NCBI GenBank assembly: GCA_017499595.2
Contig: CM039010.1
Location: 682,001 to 746,000, forward strand
Origin: Psilocybe cubensis
Taxonomy: Eukaryota
Length of the DNA stretch: 64,000 nt
Reading direction: 5' to 3'
Positions 29,049 to 39,215 of the stretch are shown piece after piece (positions within the stretch are counted from its first letter, which is position 1; every line of letters begins with the position of its first letter). The notes under the pieces are model-generated. The model ran no database searches. It had not been told where the DNA came from and saw only the letters and a program-made list of their open reading frames with translations. The translations under genes were made by a program, and so were the position numbers.

Positions 29049-29644
29049 CTAAAGAGCGAGGGCGACAAGGCCGGCGGCAACGAGACCGACAAAGGCGTTT
29101 GCGCCGTGGATATGGGAGGCACCGGAGGTGTTGGTGGAAGGAGAGCTGTTGGGACTCGATCCTGAGGTAGTGGGCGAGGTGGAAGTCGCGGACGATGAGG
29201 ATGCGGTAGAGGAGCTGGTAGCGCTGGTACTCGAGGCTGCACTCGAAGTCAAGGTGACTCCCTGGGCAAATCCATCAGCGAGGATTGGATGGTGTAGTTA
29301 ATAAGATGAACGTACCACTTTGAGGCAGACGCCTTGAGAAAAGCTGAGGGCATCCTGTAGATCCTGGCCTGTGCAAGACGACATGACACATGTAGTTGTG
29401 CTGTCGACAAACTTGCTGCTCGTGCAGAGACAATGGTTGTCAGTGGGGGAGCATCCGTCATAGTCGGCGTTCAGTGCACAAGGTACAGCGCAGTCTGGTA
29501 ATATAAGTCAGACTTTTTATGAGACTGACACAAAATATACTTACTAGGAAGACCGCTCTGACGAGAGAATACGTTGGAGTTGAGGGCAGTGGCGGATGCC
29601 GTAGCAGCGGCGCCAAAAAGAATAGCAAAGGTAGAGAATTGCAT
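29049..29644 (-). CDS. CFEM-domain, Ser/Thr-rich, GPI-anchored cell-surface protein
   Basis: Signal peptide; 8-Cys CAVPC...GCSPTDNHCLC...CVMSSC...C; S/T stalk; hydrophobic C-terminal GPI signal (GLVAAGLVALAL). Confidence 0.88.
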
Positions 29645-30197
29645 GGTAGTTTTTTTAGTAAAAGAGGTAGAGAGTGAATGAGTGTCTCGAAAAATAAAAC
29701 GAAGGTGTAGAGGGCGAAACTCGGGAGATGAGTTGGAGAATGCTAGCGTTAGGCTGACAGGCTTTATACAACGGCCAGCAGACGGCCAGTAGTACGGTTT
29801 AGAAGCCACGCGTACCTGATCATGGGAATAATTTGATAGAATTACAATGATGATTCGCGACTATTGCTCCCTCGATAAAGAAAGAAAAGAGTATAGAACA
29901 ATGGCATATTGAGGAAATTTAACAGGATAATGGGAAGCGCATTCTGAGCACAAAGGCACAAACGATTGTCCTAATTCAGAGGCATTGTTATTTATAGCTG
30001 CCATCATTCACATGGATTGATCAATTTGATGGTATGTGTGATTTGTTTGTACACCTTGGAAAGCAAACAAAGCGGCGGACTCCGAAAATACTAGCAGCAT
30101 CAAGCCACCTGAACCTTACTTTGTTTACACAACAGATCTAGGCCAAACAAACAGTGCGATTTCACGACTTTGCTCACCGACACCGACATCCTCAAGC

Positions 30198-30833
30198 ATG
30201 GTATGTGAATTCTTGGCCCTGTGTTGTCCGACGAGCTCACAAATGTCTGCATTCCGCTTATCCAGGCCCCCACTGAGACAAAGAAAAAGGTTCGTCCCCA
30301 TTGTCCCCGGAACACAGTCAAAAACAGGACCGACAACTTATCGCAATCCCGTTCATAGACAGGAGGAAAGACCCGCTCGGCCCTCCAGGATGTCGTGACC
30401 CGCGAGTACACCATCCACCTGCACAAGCGCGTGCACGGCCGCTCCTTCAAAAAGCGCGCCCCCTGGGCCGTTAAATCCGTCATCGACTTCGCCCAGAAGA
30501 CCATGGGCACTTCCGATGTCCGTCTCGACCCCAAGCTCAACCAGGCTGTTTGGGCCCAGGGTATCAAGACTGTTCCCCACCGTATCCGTGTGAAGCTTGA
30601 GCGTGCGTTTATGGCTGCTTTCTGTTGTGTGGAGTTGGAGGATTTATCTGGACTATGCCCTTTTTTCCAGGAAAACGTAATGACGACGAGGGTGCTAAGG
30701 AGAAGCTCTATACATACGTCTCCCACGTCCCTGTTCTCTCATTCAAGGTGCGTGGCATATTTGTTGTTCCTCCTTCAAATGTTAATTCTGTTGTAACTAG
30801 GGACTCCAAACAGTGGTTGTCGATGCGGAGTAA
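30198..30833 (+). CDS. RPL31: 60S ribosomal protein L31 (eL31)
   Basis: [28 protein letters not shown]...[13 protein letters not shown]...[15 protein letters not shown]...[13 protein letters not shown]-only first exon. Confidence 0.97.
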
Positions 30834-32331
30834 TTTGTCGGTTACATCCCAGTCATTCTCCTGTCTTATACTTCCCCTTCACGCATGCAATCCATACGCT
30901 TTTCTCATGTGCAGCCATCATTTTATGCCTATGCGAATTGAAAAAATTTCACCTATGAAAATTCTAATTTACTCATAGGGCATACGCAGACCTGAATCCA
31001 TACCCGCAAGATCAACATCTGAACCATTTCGCAATCCAAGGTCGCAACATATCTTCAGCAAACTGAATGGATCTCGGGTTTATCTTCTCCTTGTTCCTTC
31101 TCAACCTTTCGTATCACCACCCTCCGGTGAAGCCTACGCAGTTCAGACGAGCCTCACATTTAGCGTTATCATTTTGGAGGCAAGATCACGTATCTCTTCA
31201 TGAAGATGTATGAAGTGCTTGATGTTCCTGTTATCATTTTCTTTGTCATATACAGTTGTTGTCGGGAAGTGCAGATAACGGGACCTTGAAGAAATCAATA
31301 TCGATGGTGCCAACGCTGATTCATTCACTAACTATGGCATCTTCTTTGCCTGTGACATACGCTGGCACTGGATCAAAGTCCAATTTGTTAGAAAATCTTG
31401 ATTTTGCAGGTGCAAGTGGTTGCACTTTGTAGGTCCTCACAGCCAAACAAATTTGACTGCAGCGTAGATGATGCAAATTATGTTTCGGTACACTACACTG
31501 ATTATTTACTCTATAGAATGCTCTTCGAACACAAGTCGGCTAGAATTCAACTAACTACCAATAACAATAACATCTGCCAGTCCGTTGGAGAAGAGAAAGA
31601 AAAAGAGGAGATATGAGGGATAAGAAGGGCCATAGAGAAAAGGAAAATTTTGAAGAGTAAGTCCCTAGTCAGTCCGAACAGGTCAATATTGGTTTTTGAC
31701 GTCTTGGAACCGGCATCGGCAATGTGTGACTATCCCGCAAATCCACGTCGTGAGATCGATATCTTCTGCCCTTTTTCGGTGGGCAGTGAGCGATGAAGGC
31801 ATGAAGGATTGAATATGAATGTTCGAAGGCTGGGTTGGGTGATAGGACTGCTGAGCGACAACCCTTTCCATACCATACATGCGAAAAAGGCTGCAAAGAT
31901 CCCAAGATTGGGAATGACCATACCAAGCGCTTTTCAATCCCTTCCTCGCCATAGACCTAGTTTTAGCCCTCAACGCTGTCCCTACGGCACCCAATAAACG
32001 TTAGGAGCAACTCCGTCCCAAATTGCATACTCCCCTAAAAGGTATGATTAATCGACGGATTGCTTGTCCTTTCTGAATTCTTCTCTTGTAACAGTTGTAG
32101 GTTTCGAGCGCTTGTAAGTCGTTCTATTAGTGCATCCGCATGTTTCGTGCAATGCCGGACCAGTCGTCTTTGCTGCTTCCAATGCCTCCAATTTACTCTC
32201 CCCGCCCTTCGACTTACACTCCTTCATCCCAAATACTCTACCATCCTCTTTCTTTCCATGTCCCGAGCCGCAGATCCCAATCCCAATATTATGCAAACAA
32301 AGTCCAAAATACAAGCTCAAGGTAAGCCAAA

Positions 32332-34110
32332 CTACAGCACCATCGACCGGTCGTGTCTCACGAGCACGGCATCAGCGCGTCTTGATTTGTTCGGCATAGC
32401 TTCCCAGATGGGATCGACATCTGGTCCTTCGAGATCACCAGCACCATCCCAGCCCCAACACCATACTGTGAGTTGAGGGAGAGTAGAGAGATTAGATTAG
32501 TCGGTAGTTGTGGAGTGGACTACGAAATTAGATACATACCATGAGAAGGACCGGGGACAAAGCCTAAAGGTTCGCTCTCTTCCTCGGTGAAGAGTCTGTC
32601 GTGAGGTCCGAACCATGTCCTATCCTGAGGATCTGTTCGCGGGTCGTCGGGCAGACCTCCTAAACGAGTGTATCCACGAATAGCTGTAAGGTTACGGCGT
32701 GAAGGGTGAATGATATCATATACGCGCTAAAATGATAAGAAGCAATGGTGAACACATCAGCTCAGAAGAGGTAAAAAATGAAGGGAAATAAATGCATACA
32801 GAATCATAAGCAAGCTTGACGCGGGGCACCATCATAATTCGTCCATAGCCAGCCTCCCAATAGTCATTGCAGATCAAACTGCACTCACTAGCACTACATT
32901 CGCCTTCCGCAATCCGTGCCATGCGGAAGCGGACGTGAGGAGGGGTGTAGAACGGTGCCGGATCGAGCACCGCGATTCCATTCCAACAGCTCTGCACCTG
33001 TATAGGCAGATGTCTCTGCCATCGCTGGCTCGACTCCAAATGGTGGAAAATCCGTTCAAAAGGCGCATTCTCCAGCGCCGTGCCGTTGATGTCTCGCGCG
33101 ACCCAGTTGTCATAGAAGACCGGCGCGGCAATCTCGTCGTGGTACATGTAGTCGGCGGCGCAGGTGATACCCGCGTTGTTCCTACGCGACTGCCAGATAA
33201 GCTCGAGGAGGTCGTCGACGCAGGGGAGGATGTCGTTCATGAAAATGATTGAGTCAAAGTACTCGCCCTCGCTGTCTCGCAGCTCGTGTAATGGGACAAA
33301 GGCTGAGTTGCGCACCTCAGCGAGGTACTCGATACGATGGTTGAACGCGCCACGCGTGCGCATTGAGGTGCGAATCATGACACGCATACCGACGCTCCGC
33401 GTCAGTGCGTCAAAGATTCTCAGCAGCGCCTTGGTCTGGTCAGACGAGCCGTTCTCGTAGATCGAGACAAAGACGTTGTGATACCCCAGTATAGCGGCGA
33501 CACGGAAGAGGGTTGCGAAGAGGTCTGGGATGACATCGAAGGAATTGTAGAGGTTGATGGCGAAGAAGTATTTATGCTCGCTGGCCTGCAGGTCGCGTCT
33601 AACGGTCGCTCCATGGTCGAGTTCGCCAGCAGAACCACCGAGCAGGCCAGACAGCCAGGAGCTGGAGGTGGGCGGGTTGTGCCCTATGAGTGGAGAATAG
33701 CGCTCCAGCGCCTGCTGTGCGTAGAGCGGCTGTGAGTTTCGTGTACATTCTTTGGTGTAGTGCGGCGAGAGCGTAGTGAGCAGCTCGAGGACCCGTGCGC
33801 GCTGGTCGAGCGTTGGGAGCTGGATGGGCTGCCGACTCTGCTGGCGGCTTTTGGATGGTATATGCCCGCTGCGCCATACGGGCGTTGTTGACTATCCGAG
33901 CCACAGAAACGTTTCGTTAGACAACCATGCAAGAAAGTGCAAAGCACGTACAGTCGTCCAGGGCAGCAGCCTAGAGAAGAGGAAACCAAAGAGAATGCCG
34001 ATGGCAAGTGCGACGGGGGTGGGTATCTTGCGCAACTGTGTGGATACTACCCCGCCGCTCCTCATCGTCGCCTTGGACAGCCGTCGCTGCGAGGACTGGA
34101 AGTCGGCCAT
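32332..34110 (-). CDS. Glycosyltransferase family 69 (CAP59/CMT1-like alpha-1,3-mannosyltransferase)
   Basis: HRIEYLAEVRN, IIFMNDIL, FYDNWVARDING, QVQSCWNGIAVLD, ASECSLICNDYW and IMMVPRVKLAY. N-terminal TM helix. Confidence 0.9.
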
Positions 34111-34646
34111 ACGATACGCTGTGCTGGACAGTGTGGAGGTATTAGTCTGAGAATTTCCTGATGAACGCCGCTCGGCAACCCCTGAATGTGAGCGGGACTT
34201 GAATTTTTTCATTTGCATTCATGATAGACTCCATTCAACGTTTAACCCCTTTTACTTTTCTTTCATCTCTCCGAGTCCAAGTTGTGTGTTTATATATTTC
34301 TGTATCTTGGTCAAACACTCTGACTCCCCCCTTCGTGAAACACACGATTCAAATGTTAAAATGTTAGTTGTTGTTAGATACTAAGTTGCCATTTCCGATT
34401 TCGTCAATCCGTTCAGACTATGTATATTATAGAATACAGCATATTCGCTGCAGAAATCATTTTACATCTGTTTCTGCTCAACTTGCGTATGTTAAAGGCA
34501 CAAGTAACAGATATAATCAAACAGTGGCTACATCATGCAATTGTTGGTGTCTTTTGAGCCTCAATCAAGTCTTTTCAAGCTCGCTCGAAAGCTTCCTAGG
34601 TATATTTCTAATTTGTCTGGATATCGAAAAGACACTGTCGCTTTAA

Positions 34647-35019
34647 TTATAGTGCTTTGCATTTGTAGCCAATCTGGGTAAATGGATTCTAAAATCAAAC
34701 GTTTGGATTTAGCACTCAGTGCACAAAAGTATAATAAAAGAGGGATGACATACTATGCGCGGGCAACATGCAACAAACTTCTTTTGTAATGAGCAATTAG
34801 CAATGCCAGAGGTGCATCCGACTTCATGAATGAGAAGTTAGCACCTGGCTGGGGTTAGACAAATGGATATTCACCTCCGGTGGGTCCGGCAGGACCAATT
34901 CCGTCTAAAATGGCAGCACAGCATGAGAGGCATTCTTGCGGCGCCGCAGCAACGTGCACATATGCAGAGAAAAACGGAAGAGCTGCAATAGCGAGAGCAA
35001 GGGTAGAGGTGAATTTCAT
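34647..35019 (-). CDS. Small secreted 8-Cys hydrophobin-like protein, copy 2
   Basis: MKFTSTLALAIAALPFFSAYVHVAAAPQECLSCCAAILDGIGPAGPTGVGCTSGIANCSLQKKFVACCPRINPFTQIGYKCKAL*. Same two intron positions as copy 1. Confidence 0.8.
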
Positions 35020-35729
35020 TTCGGGGAAGTAGAACAAATACAAATGGTATGTAGACCCTAGCGTCGACTGGATTTTATACCTCGACGACATAGATTATGG
35101 CATTACTATCTCCTATCCAGATCTGATTGGTATTATAATTTAGTAGCTCACATTCGGCCTGTCACTGAGATTGTTCTGTTCGGTTGTGTTAGTTTGTGTC
35201 TGTTCTCTTCGGTTGTGTTAGTACAAGATGACGTAGTACGGGTGTTCAACCAAGCGCTGGCAGGACATCCGCGTTCAACGTTCTACCCCTACACTTTTCT
35301 TTCATCTTTCCATGACGAAAATCAGAGAATGTTTCAAGTTGTGCGTTCATATAGTCCTGCATATTGGGTAAACACTGTGACTCCCTTCTTCGCGAATCAC
35401 TCGATTTACATGTCTACATCAGTAAAATGATAAGAGTCATATTTGAGAAATTCGACCGATAGGTCATTCAGTAACCATATGTGTTATTATAAAATAAATA
35501 CAGTGTCTTCGCTGCATAAATCATTGTCCTTCTGTATTTTGCTAACTTGCATAGTATGTTGAAGGCAAAAGGAGCAGAGGTAATCCAATCTACGGAAACA
35601 ATGATGATATAATTTACAGTGTCTTTTGAGCCTCAACCAAAATCTTTTCAAGCTCGCTTGAAAGTTTCCCGTGTATATAATTCTACTTGTCGGGCGATCG
35701 AAAAGACAAAAAAGACAATGTTGCTTTAA

Positions 35730-36105
35730 TTATAGCATAACTTGGCATTGGGTGCCAATATGGGTAAAAGGATTCTACAATCAAACGGTTGGATTCAACG
35801 CTTGCACAAAAGTATAATGAAGGAGGGATGACTTACAATGCCCGAACAGCATGAAGGGATCTTGCCCAGTGGTCTGCAATCAACATTGGTGGAGGTGCAT
35901 CCGACTTTATGAATGAGACGTTAGTATTTGGTTAGGGTTAGATAACTGGATACTGACTTGCGGTGGGTCCAGACGGAGTGATTCCATTGAAAATGCCATC
36001 ACAGCATGTGCGATGACCGTTACATGCTTCCGGGGCCGCAGCGACATACGCGGAGAAAATCGGAAGAGCTGCAATAGCGAGAGCGACGGTAGAGGTGAAT
36101 TTCAT
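35730..36105 (-). CDS. Small secreted 8-Cys hydrophobin-like protein, copy 3
   Basis: MKFTSTVALAIAALPIFSAYVAAAPEACNGHRTCCDGIFNGITPSGPTAIGCTSTNVDCRPLGKIPSCCSGINPFTHIGTQCQVML*. Confidence 0.8.
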
Positions 36106-37114
36106 TTTGGGGAGGTAGAGAACAGGTATGTAAACTTGGTAGCGTCGACTGGATTTTATACCGCGACGATATGTAGATTATGGCATTACTATTTCCTATC
36201 CGGATCTGATTGGTATTCAGCGTACATTCGGCCTGTCACTGAGATTGTTCTCTTCGGTTGTGCCATTAGTGTAAGGTGACGTAGTCTAACTCCTATGTGT
36301 AGTACAGGTACTTGCAGGGTACTTGTGTACTTATTTTCCTTAACCGATTTATATCAACGACGGAATATGTGGGTAAGTGGTATTCGGCTTGAGGAATTTG
36401 GAGTAAAGATCATCAGTCTATGAAATTTAAGTTGGCCACTATGGCGGCGCTAGAACCCTACTAGTAGAACTCACTATCACAAAAACTTGGATCGAGAGTC
36501 AAATGGCTCGCAAGCCACAATGATTTCCACCGAAGTCCGAGTTCCCGATGCTTGCATCTCAAGCCACTGCTGGCTCCAGGATTAAATCTGAATAAATGAA
36601 CCTTCCTTCCGCAAGCATAAATCAGGACGAGTATAAACGGGTAGGTAAAGAGCGCACATGTGAGGGACCACTGTGAAGCGCCCGGCCGTTGAACAATTTT
36701 TTGTTACTGGCATCTTTCGGACTTTAAATATTGTAATTTAGTTCACGGTGGTCCCCGATTGAAAGAGCCTTTGAATTGCCGCCCGACAAAGGCCGAAATC
36801 GAACATTGAAGACATAACAAACCTTTGCGTTTGCCTTGCTCCAATCTACTTCCCTTTGCCTAGTATTACGCTCCATTTTATTTTCAGTCTCAGTTACATA
36901 GCTGCGCGTGAATTCAGTCCGACCTTCAAGTTCCCGATCTGCTTAGTACTTATTATGGATAGTAAAAACGGCGATTTTTGGCGACAACCGCTTTGTTATA
37001 ATCAGGCTTGCAACATTTCAGAAATTTACAAAATCAGATCCTGTATTATTCCAGGCCTCCATCCGCTTTGTTTCACCATCGAGAAATATTCCACACAGAC
37101 TTCTCAAGTGCTCC

Positions 37115-37484
37115 TCATTTGCAGTTAGAGGCGACACGGGTAAAGTGGTTCTGAAATCAAACATTTGGGCTCAACACTTGTACAGAAATATGACAAAAGA
37201 GGAACCACATACAATGCTCTCGCAGCATGCATAAATCTGTCCGGAGAATGGGCAATCAATACCGCCAGCGACGCAGCCAGCTGGACAAGCAAGACGACAG
37301 TATTCAGTTATTGTTTCGGGAGAAAAATATATGGACACCCACATCCGGTCGGCCCAGCAGGTTTGACGCCCTGGTAAATGGCATCACAGCATGCGGGCTC
37401 GCAGGCTTCCGGGGCCGCAGCTACATATGCAGAGAAGAACGGGAGAGTTGCGACAGCGAGAGCGACGGCAGAAGTGAATTTCAT
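37115..37484 (-). CDS. Small secreted 8-Cys hydrophobin-like protein, copy 4
   Basis: MKFTSAVALAVATLPFFSAYVAAAPEACEPACCDAIYQGVKPAGPTGSGCVAGGIDCPFSGQIYACCESINHFTRVASNCK*. Confidence 0.8.
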
Positions 37485-37924
37485 CTTGGGCAGTTAGAGA
37501 ACAGGTGTGTAGACTTGCTGAGGATTAGAGGTAGCGCCGACTGGCTTTTATGTCTCGACGATATGTAGATTACGGCATTCCTATTTTCTATCTGGGTCCA
37601 ACTGGTATTCATCGACATCGTTCATTCGGTCTGTCACTGGAGTTCTCTTCGGTTGTGTTAGTATGAGATGACGTAGGCAAGATTCTATATGCTGCCTGAG
37701 TGAACGTTGGACTCAGAATCCATATGATGCGTTATACACAGTGGGAATAAAAAACAATATTTATTAATGGACCATTTTCCTTAGCATATGGTGTTGCCAC
37801 GCAGCAGAAATACCAAAATATTTGCGGCAAATTATGCCGGTAGTTATTTGTCAAAGTCGCCCTAAATCATGATGTAATGAACGGGGCAGAAATTGGGTTG
37901 ACGACATTCGGATAAGAGCGAGCC

Positions 37925-38240
37925 TAGAAGCGCCCCATATTTAGTGGTTCCGGCACGCACCATATTCTGGGTAGGGCGGCAAGCCCTATTTTTTGGCGCT
38001 TCGGCACGCACCATATTCGCAAGCACCGTATTTCGGCGCTTTGGAGCGCACCATGTTCGGGGTATGGCGGCATGCCGGATATTTCATGCTTCGGCATGCG
38101 CCGCGTTCCCGAGCACCATATTTTGGCGCTTAGGCAAGCACAGTATCGCTGCCACCATGTTTTGGTGTTTGGCACACGCCATATTCAGGATATGGCAAGC
38201 ATCATATTTTAGTGCTTTGGCAAGCACCATATTTCAGTGC
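37925..38240 (+). repeat. Degenerate short direct-repeat array (~14 copies, consensus GGCA(A/C)GCACCATATT), subterminal-repeat-like
   Basis: Examples: cggcacgcaccatattc at 37951 and 38001, gagcaccatatttt at 38111, ggcaagcaccatattt at 38219. Spacing is ~18-26 bp. Confidence 0.8.
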
Positions 38241-38479
38241 TTAGGCTAACAGCTCTTATAAATGTTTTATAAACCATCCTAATATGATGAATTTTAGTAC
38301 AGCAGATTTTGAAGTGTATCAGACGATAGAGCGAGCAAAGAATTTATTGCAAATAAGCAGTAGAAGAGTATAAACGCGGGCCAGATACATTAAAAAGGTT
38401 TAAAGTAAAGCAAAAGAGGACATGTTAGGGGAATAACCCAATAGCCTCACGGAATATCCTGTTCAGTAAAAACAACTAA

Positions 38480-39122
38480 TAAGAAAGACTGCCACCGACG
38501 TCAGTGCATACAGTAGCGGCGGCGTATTCAGCCCTTTCTTCCTTCTTCAAGTGGTATGCTTCTGACGGACAGACCTACGCAGAGGCTGATCTAAATGTTA
38601 GCAAATATTACTGACCATTAAAACATGATTATACCAAGTTCTCCTTTTCGCCCTCGTTAGGATCCGCAGCCCATCTCTTACGTTTTTTTCCAGCCTTCTC
38701 GTCAACCGGTTTTGACAAATTGTCAGCCAAAACACCTCCATTGCGGGCATTTGGGCTGGTGCTGGGTTCCGTAGAAGGGTTTGCAGGATCAGTTTGAGTT
38801 TCATTATTGACCGTTGTTGATGAGTTTTTGTTCGGGGTGTTATTGCTTTTTGAGGGGAGATTCTTGTCATCCGTTGAGATTTCAGTAATAGTAGAAAGCT
38901 CGCCATACAAATATGCAGACTGTACAATCATCACAAGTATAAGCAGAAGAAAAAAGCGGTTATAGTCAAAATTAAGAGCATACATTGAATGCTGGCTTGC
39001 AGGGAGTTTTTCGCTGGAGGCGTGGGGGTTTTGATGTAAGCTGATTTTCCGCCTGCGCCTGCATGGCTTGTAATGAATTACTGCCCCCCGCTGCTTGGAG
39101 CGGAGTTTGAGGAATAGGGCAT
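38480..39122 (-). CDS. Small low-complexity hypothetical protein (multi-exon)
   Basis: S/T/N/P-rich ORF 38629-38985 with a KKRKR basic patch, bounded by plausible splice sites. Confidence 0.35.
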
Positions 39123-39215
39123 GATGGCTGAGGAGTATGGCACCTCGGTTGTACTTGCTCTATTGGGGCCTAAAAGAAGAAAGAATGTTTAAGCAAAGGG
39201 CAATAAATGCAAAGA

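Noticed and set aside
36666-36675. GACCACTGTG as partner of the CACAGTGG candidate terminus
   Set aside because: It lies upstream and faces outward, so it cannot close the element; likely a chance short match.
37925-38240. Repeat array considered as a possible CRISPR
   Set aside because: Eukaryotic context, degenerate ~16-bp repeats, very short irregular spacers and no cas genes.
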